From Camelus ferus (taxonomy: Eukaryota), in contig NC_045696.1 in NCBI RefSeq assembly GCF_009834535.1, forward strand, positions 64,854,001 to 64,918,000: a DNA stretch of 64,000 bases, given 5' to 3'. The notes beneath the pieces were generated by a model. It was not told where the DNA came from. It was given only the letters and a program-made list of their open reading frames with translations, and made no database searches. Positions 40,905-53,966 of this stretch are shown piece by piece. Numbering within the stretch: position 1 is the first letter of the stretch; the number at the start of each line of letters is the position of its first letter. The position numbers and the translations under genes are program-made.

Positions 40905-42423
40905 AAAAATTATCTTTTCAGTGTGTATCTGGCAACTTTCTCCAAGTAATTCAAATGGCTTCCACCTGTGATGTGTTCAGAATTGTAAATGGAAATTCTC
41001 AAGTTGTTCAAAAAAAGAGCATTATAATCAAGGTACTGTTATCCCCAAGATACTCCCCTTCAAAATGACCTGACTATTTTAATTAAATCATCAGTAGGTT
41101 GATTTCATCTCATTCCTGATCCCCAAATGCAAAGATATTGGAAATGTCCTAGTAACCATGAAGGAAAACTGATGAGACTTAGTGGCTCAGGTAGGAAGTC
41201 ATAAATTTCTAGATACCAAAAAATTAAGTATTGCTTCTAATCTCAAAAGCCCTGTACATAGGTACAGAACGTCTCAAATTTCCCATATTTACTTCTTCTT
41301 CTCATTGGAGAAATGGAGCAAATGATGCCGATGATGAGTGAAAGGGCTAAACAGCTAAGAAGCACCCTGACAACAGCTGCAGGAGTGCAAGGAAAGAAGT
41401 CAAGTCTTTGTTGTCTAATTGAATTGAAAACACCACATTCTTTTAGTAGAGATCTAAAGATAGGGATACGGTCACTCTCAGAAAGCTAGCGTTGTTTTCA
41501 TTTTGCTCCTTAAATGCCTAACTTGATGCTGTCATGTCATGACAGAGAAAACTTCGAACAGCAGCTGTTATGTGCTTTTTCATCCCTTTTGCCATCCTCC
41601 TCTGCTATCCTGCACTGCTGCATGGTTACCTTCTGCATCAAAACATCTTCACATCTCATAAACTGACAGAAAAAAAAAAATCAACACACTCAAAGATTAG
41701 AGAACACACTCTTTCCAGGCCTTGTTTTGGTGGGGGCAGGGGCTGGGTGGGCATAGGACTGTAGTTCTAGAGAAATGTGCTAGATTTTGAGATTCTGTAT
41801 TATATATATATATCAAACTTTGCCTCTTGAAGAACATGTTAAAAACTCAAATTCCTGGGCTCTACTCACAGAGATTCACATTTGAGAAAGCATTAGGAAT
41901 CTGCTTTAAAAAAAGCATCCTAGAAGAATATCATGCATTTTCTTTAAAAAAAAAAAAATAAACACTGTCATCATCTCTTTTACTCATTTGGCATTTTCCA
42001 CTTTTCAAACTGCTTGCACATACATATTCAGTTCTGTGAGGTAGATGGGAATGAATATTCCCATTTAGACGATAAGAAGGAGACTCGGAGCTCAGCAGTG
42101 ATTTCCTCAAGGTCTCACCGTGTACCCCTCTCTTGCCCATTTCTCTGGATTTCTCACCTTAGCTGACTTTTTTCTTTCTGAGTGTTGAACTGCAAGAGGC
42201 AATGAGTCCCCAAAGGCAGCCAGTACTGTTTGTGCCTGCCTTCTTCAAGAATGAGACAAGCCCTTTGGTAGCCAAGGAAGGAAAATGTGTAATTTTATCT
42301 GTGAAATGTGAGCATTTCCCTAATTGACAGTGGTACCAATTGATTTTAAGTAATTTCCCTTACCACATCCAGATGCACTTTTGAAAATATGTTCATCTGG
42401 CTTCACTTTTGAAGAAGAGGGCA

Positions 42424-42444
42424 TGTGTGTGTGTGTGTGTGTGT
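42424..42444. repeat. (TG)10 microsatellite
   Basis: Read directly. Confidence 0.95.
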
Positions 42445-45400
42445 ATACCTTTTTCACTTGTCTTCTTCTGCATTGTTAGAATCGCAAGTTCATTGTCCTT
42501 ATTCAGCCACACTGCTGCAGGGGATGTGAGTTCCTCATTGACAGTTGGGATTCCCCCTTCTCAGGGTGCTTTGCTTATTTAATCCTCCTCCCAGCTGTCT
42601 GCTCCATAAACCCGTCTGCCTGTGTTATGCCCAGTGGCAGCAGGGAAGATCCAGGCCCCCAGACACAGTGGAGCTGTTAAACAAAGTGCTTACTCTGAAC
42701 AACCTCACAGGCTTCAATCCTTCTCATTCTGTTAGGCCCACAGGTTTGTTCCCACATCTAGAGAATTTCTGGGCCCTCTCCAGATCCCATATCCATTTTC
42801 AATAGCTTCCAGGGCCTTCATGTTCCTTGCCCGCTGTTAGGGTATTTTCAACATACACCTGTTTCTGCTTGGAAAACATCCATTAAGTCTTTTGGCCCTA
42901 CCCTTTGATGCTTGGTGAGGTGTCTGTGAAGGGGAGGGATTAGGGCTGTTTGAAGATTGGTTGAGGAGAGATTCTCAGTATAACTAATAGCTACTTCCAG
43001 GCCTTTGCATGAATGGAAGCTGACTACTCCTTTGTATTTATAATTTTTTTCATGCTGCATTTTAACTTGGGTGACATTATCTCCTCTGCTGAGTTTTCTG
43101 TTACATCCAGCTGTTATCACAAGCACTCCTGGAGACCTGACTGCCCTCCAGAGCTGTTTGTTGACTGCCCTTGCCCACAGTCACCCTCTCACTCAACATC
43201 CATTCTCTTCTCTGTGCAGGATGTTCACCTGGTCCCTCATTTTAGGGACTAAGCCTGTTTCGCAGTTTACAAGAAAGAACCAAGAAATCTGGGTTCCTAG
43301 GATGTGGAAGCACTTTTTTTTTAACCTGTTCAAAAATGAGCTGAAGGTGGGTTCGACATGAAGGCCCAAGAGACCATTGTTACTTTCTCCAGTGTCCACT
43401 GCTTTCCTCTCTGAACAGAGAATTCTTTGTGCGCTAGCGTATCAGAGAGAGGGCGGACTGCTTTCTCTCAGCGCCTCCACCCAACCCCTCCTTTGTGCAC
43501 CCAGGGTCCTTTAACCGGCCGGTGGTTGTGTTTCCTCTTGGGGGGAGGGACGGGACAGAACCGACCCGAGCTGCAGTTCCTTCGCTCTGCCTCTAAGATT
43601 TTCTCATCCAAACCTCAATCACGTAGGATTGCGTAGAGAAGAGAAAAGGGGAGAGACAGAAGACGGAGAAGGGGGAGAGGGGTGACGGGAGGGAGGGAGA
43701 AGAGAGTCTGGGAGCGGAGGGCGCAAGGGAGGGGAGGAGGCCCCGAGCGCGCCGCGCTTCCTTGCGCTCGGGGAGCCTGGCCCCCAGCCTGGCCCCACCT
43801 GGGCGCTCCCGAGCTCTCGGCGGGTGGGCGAGCAGTAAGAGGGGCACTCCTGCGGCCCCCTGCTCTTGGTCCCACCCTTGATCTTGGTGTCGGTCGTCCC
43901 TGCCTGGAGTTTCCTGCGGAGCTACTGCTCCAGCCGAACCAGCCGGGCAGGCGGCCGCGGTGGCGGCGGCGGCGGCGCCCAGGAGCCGGTGCGGCTCGGC
44001 GTGCCCGGAGCCTCTGCCCGTGAATGGGACTCCGCCCTGAGCGCCCCCTCTGGGGCCTGGGGAAGCGGCGGCGGGGGGCGCCCCGCTAGTCCGCGGCTCT
44101 GAGCGGCCACCCGCGCAGCAAGTTGGGCGAGTTGGCGGCAGCCCGCACCTGCTTCCTGGCCCCGGCCCCAGAGTCTGCGTCCGGCCCCAAGGGCCCCGGT
44201 GGCGCGCTTGGCCCTCTCTCGCCCCAGACCCGGCGTCCTCGCGGCCCCGTCTGCGCCCCGGGCGCCAGACCATGGTAGGCAGCTCCGAACCGGAGCCGCA
44301 ACCGCCTCGAGCCGACGTCGCCCGCAGCCAGCCCCCGCCCCAGCGAGCCGACTCGCGGGTGTTCGCAGCGCGGGTCACTTCCTTCCTCAGCCGGGATGGG
44401 CCGCGCGGGACTGAGTGATCGGCCTCGCGTCCGGCGGGTAACCCCCATCTGATCTGCTGCCTGTGAGCCGCTGACTGCCGTGCTGCGCGAGCCTGGGGGC
44501 CCCGGGCAGCCTGGCGATGACCTGATCCCGAGCCCGCCAGGGCGCCCCCTCCTTCCCTCCTTCCCTCGCTCCCTCTGAGCCTGTGCGGAGAGCGGCTTGG
44601 TGCGGCGGCCCCGGGCGGACCATGGCGGGGAGCTCCAGTTAAAGGCGTGTGGGCGCCGAGCTGGAGAGGACACCTTCGGCATCGCTGCCTTTTGAGGGGG
44701 CTTATTTAAACTACTGAGTCATTCCAGATTTAGGATTCCCTAAATAATCACCAACTGTGCCCGTCTTGTGCCAGAAAGAAAGCGGAAAGAGAAAGAGCGC
44801 CCGCTCTTGGGACCCCGCGTATCCGCGGCGCTCGCCTCGCCTCTCGCGGGTTTCTCCCGGAGGGGTGCTTGGCCCTCGAGGATCTCCCTCCCTCCCTCCC
44901 TCCTTACCCTTCCCTCCCTCCCCGCCCTCCCCCCGCCTCGCCTCCCGCTCTCTTTGCAGCGCTGCTGGCGGGGAGTCGCGCTCACCGCAGCTGGAAACAG
45001 CTGCCCCCGCCTGGCGCCCCTACCCCGACTCCGGCTAACCGCTCACACTTCGCGCCTCTCGGAATTCCAGAACTCGGGCGGCGGGCGCCCGGGAGAACCG
45101 CAGCCGGGGCGATGCATTCCGTAGACCTCACCCAGCCGGGACGGACCTCCTAATCTTCAGAACTGCGGGCCGCAGGGAGTTAAATTGCTGCCTTCCTCTC
45201 CTCTCTTGCGGTTGGTGGCTTGTTTTCTAAAGGAACGTTTTATTCACTTTTTAGTATTTTCTACCGGGGGCACGCTACCCGCCTCGGTCCTGACTCTGCT
45301 TTGTAAACGGGTTTTATATGTATATGTGTAGCTATACTTTGGACACCTTACAACGCTTGCGCCTCTCCAACAGGGGCACGGCTTGTTGTTTTGGACAACC

Positions 45401-45769
45401 TTCCTCCCCTTCCACTTGGTACTCCGATCGCAGTGTGACCAAACTCCCCACTGCCCCTTGGACACGGATCGCGTTGGCGTGCAAGTTCGGGGTGCAAGAG
45501 TCTAGTTAACAGGAAGGCCTGGGACCGCCCCGCCCCCGCCGCCAGCGGTTGGGGAAGTTTACATCTGGATTTTCACACATTTTGTCGCCACTGCCCAGAC
45601 TCTGCCTAACCTTGTGGGCGCTGGGTTTTCGGTACTGCAGCCTTCTCAAATATTAGCACTGCCTCCCCGCGCCTGCCCTGTCCCTCCAGGCCGCCAAGGT
45701 CCTGCCCTCGCCCCGGCGGAGCGTGATCCCGAGGGCGCAGTGGAGCCCGGGGCCTGGGGCCCACGCTGA

Positions 45770-45980
<211 letters not shown>

Positions 45981-48900
45981 AGAAGCCCAGACGGTGGGCT
46001 CCCTAGAGGCTAACACCCCCTCCCCTTCTGCAAGGCACCTGGGGACATCCATGGAAGAGAACCACAGTCCCCCTCTTCCATTCTGGTCCCCTTCCTCCCT
46101 CAATTTCCAGACATCTTTCAATCACCCTCTGTTATTAGCTTCTTGTCCCATATTCAGGAAAACATTTCATACCTGGATTAAAAAAAACACGGTTTGACTA
46201 GGATGAGAGCTACATATATAACTGCTCCTGATCCTACATAGCCTGTAGAGTCCTTAAGGATGGTGACCACCTTATTCTCCCTCTCTTTCTTTCTCATCCA
46301 TCCATCCATCCATCCAGTGTTTAATCTGTCTACTAAGGACCTAAATATAAATAAACCTTCCTCCCTGTATCTCTCATACCATATAAGCACAATTCATAAC
46401 ACATAATAGACACTTGGTAGACACCAGATGAGCTTAAATTTATTCTTTTCCTAACTCTTTCTCTAGCAACACATGATATTGCATCTTTCTGACATTCTGG
46501 TCAATTTCTCACTCCTCATTTTCACCCATGCCCTTTTACTTCCTTTTACACCGACCTTCCTTTTCCTATTATCTTCCTCCCGCTGCTCTCATGGTTTCCA
46601 ATGGCTCTGCTCATTAACTTTTCCTGTTCTATTACTCCCATCCTTTGCACACTCACACTTTTTGGACATTAAGGGAACAACAGAGTATCTGCAGTTTGGC
46701 CTCATGGAGTGTAAAGAAAACTTTAGACTTATCAGAGATATTCTAGGTATGGCCTTTCTAAAGCTGAGTCTCTTCTTTGGCACTAAACTCAAATGGTTAG
46801 TCTTTGATGTGTCTCTGTTTTTTAAAAGGGAAATGGGATGCCTTGAAATTTTGGAAAGTGATTTTTTTCCTGATTTAAGCAAGGCTACCTTAAGAGAATA
46901 AAAGCAAAATTTCCAAGGTCTGTGCTCCTTCCAGACTCTATTGATCCTCTGGGTGTGGCCCCCAGTGTCCTTTGCAATCTGTAGATGGTCTACCCTTTCT
47001 GTGGAAAACTGAAAGGAAATACTTTCTAGAAAGAAAGCTTGCTCTTGACTGGTTTAAGTTAGTGTCTTTGCAGCTCTGACTGTGATGTTGTCCTGGGTTC
47101 CAGGAATGAAGCATGTGGGCTCGGGTCATTGGGGTGAAGAAAACACTTGGAAAGTCTGGACAGCTGGGGCTCCGAATTCATTTAGAAATTTGGGATTCAG
47201 CCTTGTGAAGAGCTATCTCATCTTATTTTTCTCTTGAGGTTTCATGACATTATTCACTTCATAGTGGGCTCATTTTCGTATACTTTGATGTTGATGAAAT
47301 AGTAAATTTCAGGCGTAAACAAAAATAATTATGATTCCAAGGCAGGAACTACTAAAGTCTGTTATTTTATATTCAATTAATATAGTCTGTTCATTTTATA
47401 AAGAGAAGATTTATGCAAAAACTAGAGTTATCTCTCCACAGTAAATAATTCATTTTAGGGGAAAATAAAATCCCTCGTATTGTTGTGCAGGGATCATTTC
47501 CGGGCCATCTTCCCTCAGGGTTTATGTGGTCTACAGGGAACTTCAAGGCTCTGAGTTCCATGTGACTCGTATCAGTCTCTGAAGTATGTTCTTGCACTCT
47601 AGTTGGGATAATATTGTTGTAAATAGATTCTTCTCGGCCTCCTCAATTACAAACAAGGTAATCAAAACTTTGGGTGGATTATATTTGTAAATGGATAAGA
47701 TAAACTCACCTGAAATTTGTTGAAGTTGATTTGGAGATGAGTGATTTGCATGGCTTAATTTTACATAAGGAAATTGCTTCCGTGGTCCTTTCCTTAGCAT
47801 CTCATTAGAAAATAGAGAATTTGAGGGAATTGCTGAGTTTATTGTTTTTTCAGCGTTCATTTAATCTTTCCCTCTTTCTCATCTACTTAGTGTACATTTT
47901 GGCAAAGAGGATCATGACTGGTGAATTCCTTTAGCTTAAGTGCCACAGAAATAATCTGGCAGAGAGATGACAGGACCTGTTAAGATATGCTCACTGCAAG
48001 GGCAACATGCATGCATCTGTCCACCACGGACTTCAGTTTGTTTTGAAGCTTAGCTTAGAAGAGTAGGAGTGTAGGGTGCAGAAGAGCTTTTGGGAAGATG
48101 ATAGTATGTGATTATCGTTACTAACAAAGCCAAATAATTAATCTGTTGATTTGCTGCTAGTAAGCATGATTCACATAGCATGGGATAAGCCTATTTTTAG
48201 AGAGATAGCACCTTCCACATCTCAATGCCAGAGAGGATTCTGTAGCTGGATTGGGAGGAACTTGCTAAACACCAAAACTATTGGAGCAAATCTGTTTCAT
48301 AAGCACTTTGATGTTATGTTCACTTAATATTTGGGTTATTCTTGAACTCACTAACTAGACTTTCTAAACCAGATCCTTGTGATCTATATACTGAGTCACA
48401 AATGGTAAAGTGGAAATGGTGAAATGGAACTGCTTGTCCTGATAAAGAATTTCCACTCTAGATTTCTGTCATTGAGACACAAGTTCCATTGACCAGATTT
48501 GCCAGAGGAGTGAGCCTGAGACAGTGAAGCTAAGCCAAATATTAGATGGGAAAGGCCAAGGTTATATTACTGATTTCAGGGTTGACACATTGAGTGTCTC
48601 TCAATCTCTTGTCTTAGCTCATCAAGTTCTGCTATGTATCATGTTGAAACTTCTTAAACACAGAGAGAATACTGAAATTAGAAGGTAAAGGTCTCAGATT
48701 TCAAAATCATGGTACTGCATTTGAAAACGTGGGAACTGTGAGGGCAAGACCTCCCATCACACAGTTCTAGAACCCCGAGGCACATCAGATGCTTTGTGAA
48801 TACCATCCCTGGAGCACAGTGATGGCTTACCCTGGGCCTGTGCCGCAAAATCCTTCCTTAGATGAGAAATCCTTGAGCCAGAGCAAGCTGGTGGTTTATA

Positions 48901-50973
48901 TAAGATCACACAGCTAGATTGTGGTAAGACTGGTACCAGAACCAGATCTGGTCAATTTTTCTTGCCTGTGTACTTCACAACACAGAAAAAAGTAGTATGA
49001 TGAACTGGGTGTCCTCTGTCAAAGGATGGATCTAATTTTGTGGATTATTTATTTTTCCCATTAAGGGTGATTATTATTATTATTATTATTTTGTGATTAG
49101 AACAGGACTGTGGTAACATAGAGGAGGTAACGTAGAAGGAGACGCAGGCCAAGTCAGGCAATTGAGGTTCTAAAATGACCATTCGAAAGCAGCGTGCATG
49201 ATAGCAATAAATCCAACAGTGAAGGTACACAGTGCAGGAATAGTTAGTCCCTTAGGCACTGTGTGGGCTGTAGCTCTTTGGAAATGAAATGTTAGAGACC
49301 TTGAACTGGTAAGTCAGCTGAGGTCACTGAATCATAAAAAAACCCTTAGAACATTTATATTTGTGCACTTTCTAATAAAGGAGCATTCTTATGGGCATTA
49401 TTTGAGTAACTATGTGTGAAAGACCTGTATGAGCCAGGCCTGCTGGAGTATTTGCTTAAATGTTGATAGCACTTAATTTGCCATTATCTAGGCTACTGGT
49501 ACATCCATGCGAATTACATGGCTCATTCATTTCCAACCTTTGTTTTACTTTTGAATAGAAACACCTGTACAAATGATGGACTCCGGGATTGTTTATGTTT
49601 TGACTCAGGAGTTAGCGCAGGTAAAGAACAGCGTGCACCGTCAAGACGGGAACGGTGTTTACGGAATCTCTTAATGCTGGAATGGCCAGGAGCCTTGGAG
49701 CCATCATTCAGTATCACTCTTTAATTTTTCAAATGACAGCTTCTCTGGGAAGTACAGAGTAGCTAGATAAGCCTAAATCTATGTAGTGATTTTGTGTTTT
49801 TAGTATTTTTATATATAATTTAATTCCTTCCCTCAAACAAGAGCATTAAAAAAGCAATCAGGAAAATTCCTCACCTAAAAAACATGAGATATTTTTCATA
49901 ACTTAAGTTTTTGGTTTTGTATTACCTCCCTGCTTGAGAATGATGTAGTATATTTATACTGAATAGATAAAATAAATCAAAGAGGTGATTATAATTTTAC
50001 TCAATTTTGTTGATTTTCATTTGTTTTGTTTTTATGAGTCCTTGTTTTTGAGTCCTTGTTTCTGTTATAAAAATTGTGGTTACTCAAAATATTTTAGTAT
50101 TTTTTTTATTCGTTTTGGTGGCTGTGTAGTATTTAATAGCATAGTCATTCAAATTTTACTATCAAACATATCCTTTGATATTGATGAAGGAACATCATAG
50201 AAAATAGAAACTTTAAGAAGAAAACTGACAAAAACAGGGAAATATTGCTTAACCGTATGATTTATGGAACATAAATTAGATATTTATAAATTGAAATAAT
50301 TTTGGTCAATATATAGTTTGAGAATACATTCATAGGACAGGTGATACTTTACATGTATAGCAACTAGTTTTATTTTCTTTTTTAAAAGTATGGCTCATCT
50401 CAATTACAGGATCAGCCTAATTAAATGATATTTGGCTTGATGTCTGTTAAAAAAACCAACCAACCAAACAAACATAAAACCAGGCTTTTCTCTTCAGAAA
50501 CCCATCCTAGGTTTTAAACTGATATTTTGTATGTGTTTTTAAATTCTGTTTTCTCTACAGCAGTGCACTCTCATCAACAAATTATGTTTCCATTGTAAGA
50601 ACATTTTAAAATAGCAGGTACTGTGATCTCTTGATTTCTTTTATCCCACAGAGATCTCATCAAGCCATAACTCAGGATTAAGTCTTTAAAGTTTTAATGA
50701 AGTTGGTATTCTTGAACAGAATTAGAAAAACAATTTGCAGGAAATAAGGCAGTCTGCATTTGAGGAAGCAGTAGGAATATTTTGGAAGATCTTTAGAAAC
50801 TAACGCTTTGTCTTATAATTGTATTTTAAAGAAAGTACCAGGCTTACCAGTAAGTAATACGTCACCCTTATTTGTTTTGTTTGTTTGTTTTCTCAGTCTC
50901 TAAAGCTCACTTTTATTTTGTATTGTCGAATTTACAGTAGTGACAGTACCAATTTACCATTTTTTTATTCTTA

Positions 50974-51120
50974 TTTTTTATTGAAGTGCAGTCGATGTAC
51001 AGTGTTAGTTTCAGGTGTACAGCAAAGTGATTCAGTTATACGTATACATATATATGTATTTTCAGATTCTTTTCCATTACAGCTCATTACAAGAAATTGA
51101 CTATAGTTCCCTGTGCTATA
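50974..51120 (-). mobile_element. 5'-truncated L1 3'-end stub
   Basis: ttttttattgaagtgcagtcgatgtacagtgttagtttcaggtgtacagcaaagtgattcag. Candidate TSD ttattctta at 50965-50973 and 51121-51129. Confidence 0.8.
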
Positions 51121-52216
51121 TTATTCTTACTGAGAGCAAATTTATACATAGATATTATGTTGGTTTGGTTTAGAAAATCTGTTAATAGTGATTCGTTTTT
51201 TCTTGTCTCGTCCTTGAATACTTTGTCATAGTGTGTATTTGCTATGACTTTTCCTTCTAGAATTATTTTAGATTTTGTGGGGAATCTCATCAACAGCCTC
51301 ATTAGACATAAGAGACCAAGTTAATACACTACATTTTGGATTCTATCTGATGGCCTAACGGCCTACCCAGCAAACTGCAGAGCTTTAGGGATTGTGTCCA
51401 AAGAAGGATGCACCCCCATCTAAAGGCCTCTGATTCGGAGGCTACTTTCTAAGCATCAGTGACAGGGAGGAGCCTTACATGTGAACTGTCTACAGATTAA
51501 TCATATGTAATAATAACTTTTAATAATAACAACTAACTTGACTGTATGAGTTCAGGATTTACAGAATTTCTTCACAATGTTTGCCCCTTTTATACTTCAT
51601 AGCGACTCACTAGCATAGTTAGGCCTCATCTTTGAAATAAGAAAACCAGGCTTCAAAGTGGCAGAGAGACTTGTTCAGGTTCATGGAGTCAGTAAGTGAC
51701 TAAGCTGTTCCAGGACCACCAGCCCCTGCTGCAGGTCATCTGTCTTTATCTCCCACCACCTTGAGCTACAGAGGCTGAATCTGAGTCACGCAATGTGATA
51801 CGAAGATGGGACGCTCCAGTTGCGGGGAATCCGATAAAAAGTTCACGGAAATGTGGAGTGTTCTGACACATTTGTTTTGTTCTGTGTGTGATCTAGAGCC
51901 CCCAGGGAGGATCTCGAGTGAGGAGGAGGAGGAATGAAGTGGGCAGGCCGATGGAGGTCTGCAGGCCAGTGCTGCAGAGGCCGTCCTGTGGCTGTGTTGT
52001 TATGTGCTGTTCCCAGGCTCCCTGGGATGTCCCTCTCTTCATGCCGGGAGCCTTGGAGATATCAATGAGTGCCACCTGGGGCACCTGAGGACTTGCTGAG
52101 AGACTTGGGTCCAGAGGGGCAGACTTTCTTGAATGCAAACATAAACAACTGCTTCAGATATTTTCAAATGTAAAGAGGTTAATAACAAGGTCAGGAGAGC
52201 CCTGTAGGATTTAGCC

Positions 52217-52332
52217 GCTTTTCCCCTTTTTCTTGTTCTTGTTCTTTTTTCCTTTTCCTTTTTCCTTTTCTTTTCTTTTCTTCCCTTCCCTTCCCTTCCT
52301 TCCTTCCTTCCTTTATTTATTTATTTATTTTT
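52217..52332. repeat. Polypyrimidine / low-complexity tract (TTTTCC, TTCCC, TTCC and TTTA units)
   Basis: Read directly. Confidence 0.9.
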
Positions 52333-52534
52333 AAAATTGAAGTACAGTCAATTACAGTTGACTTCCTTCCAGTTAACTGTTTAAGTGACAGTGTAGCAGA
52401 GTGATTCAGTTCACGGACGTTGGTGTGGGATCTGAATTCAAATTCATATATTATTTGTAAGAACATTTGGCAAGTTTCTTAATATCTTTGAGCCTCAGTC
52501 TGTTGATTTGTACAATGAAAATATCTCTAGCATC

Positions 52535-53750
52535 TGGTCAGGAAACGCCTCTCTGAGAAAACATCGTTTAAGCTGAGTTCTGAAGGGTGAGGCAGGCAGA
52601 GAGGGATGGAAGAGTGTTCAGGGCAGAAGAGAACAATTTGCGTGAGACTGAGGTGAGGGGGAGTTTGGTGCCTTTGAAGAAGTTGAAGTGTAGCCGGAGT
52701 GATGTGGGAGCAAGGGTACGGGTATATCGGAAAGCTTGGCAAGGGCTGAGTTGTGCAGGGCTTTGAAAATGCACGGATAGTTTTCATATTTTAATCTAAG
52801 ATCCAAAGAGAGTCAGAAGTAGGGGGTGATATAAAGTGACTTGCATACTCAAATGGACACTCTGGCTTTGAAGAGGAGAGTGGATTGCAGGGGAGCCAGA
52901 GGGGATGCTAAAGAACCATAAAGAGGCCAGCACATCAGTCTGGGCCAGTGGTTCTCAAAGTGTGGTGTGCCCTGGAAGCTCCTGGAAGACTTTTCAGTGG
53001 GTCCACAAGATTAAAACTATTTTCATAATGATATTTCCTAATAATACAAATTATTCACCTTTTTCACTCATTATGTCACAGGTGTCCAGTGGTGTTTTCT
53101 AGAGATTGTGTGACATATTCACAATCATCTGAAAAGGCTATTGAAATTTTCCTCCCTTTTAAGCCACCTATCTGTGTGAGGCCATGTTATCTTTACACAT
53201 TTCAAACACAAGAGACTGAATGTAGAAGCAGATTTGAGAATCCAGCTCATTTCTACTAAGGCAGACAGTAAAGAGATTTGCAAACATACAGATCTGTTTT
53301 CATTCATTTTTTTGGTTTGTTTTGGAAAATATAGTTACGTTTTATTTGAACACCTATTTATATTATTTGATGGGCTTACTGTTATTTTTAATAAATACTT
53401 GGAAAGTTTTGTTATGATGTCTAAATACAATAAACACTGAAAAATAATGGGCCACATAAACAAAATCTCTTTGGGGTACTCAATAATTTTTAGGAGTGTA
53501 AAAGGATCCTGAGACCAAAAAGTTTAAGGAGCACTGGTCTAAGCGATAGATGATGTTGACACAAAACATTATGGCGGTGGTCACGGATATGAGTAGAGCA
53601 AGTAGAGGTAGAATGAGCTGAGTGTGATAATGGGAAGGGGTGAGTCCAGAGAGCGTAGGTGCCTGGATGATTCCTGGCTGAACATTCCATAGTGAGTGGT
53701 GCCTTTGCTGAGATGGAGAAAAGCAAGGGGAGAAGGCTTGGTGTGCGTCA
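52535..53750 (-). mobile_element. L2 fragment split by the Charlie element
   Basis: ggtcaggaaacgcctctctgag...taagctgag on the left; L2-like gatagatgatg...ttgctgagatggagaa resumes on the right. Confidence 0.65.
52946..53536. mobile_element. hAT-Charlie (Charlie1-like) internally deleted transposon nested in L2
   Basis: TIR-like ends cagtggttctcaaa / tttaaggagcactg. Degenerate 8-bp TSD gtctgggc (52938-52945) / gtctaagc (53537-53544). Confidence 0.8.
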
Positions 53751-53809
53751 GATAATATGCATCCTTCCCAGACTAAAAAGTGTTGTGGAATGCTAAGGTG
53801 AAAAACTGG

Positions 53810-53810
<1 letters not shown>

Positions 53811-53847
<37 letters not shown>

Positions 53848-53966
53848 TTAAATTGAAGTATAGTCAGTTACAATGTGTCAGTTTCTGGTGCACAGCACAA
53901 TGTCCCAGTCACATATATGTATGTGTGTGTGTGTGTATTCATTTTCATATTCTTCTCCATTAAAGG
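53811..53966 (-). mobile_element. L1 3'-end stub with (TAT)12 tail
   Basis: (TAT)12 at 53811-53846, then aattgaagtatagtcagttacaatgtgtcagtttctggtg. Confidence 0.8.

Noticed and set aside
43593..45153. Long ORFs in the CpG island (261, 198, 118 and 113 aa)
   Set aside because: Low-complexity G/R/P/A-rich frames on both strands are expected from stop-codon scarcity in GC-rich DNA. No recognisable domain.
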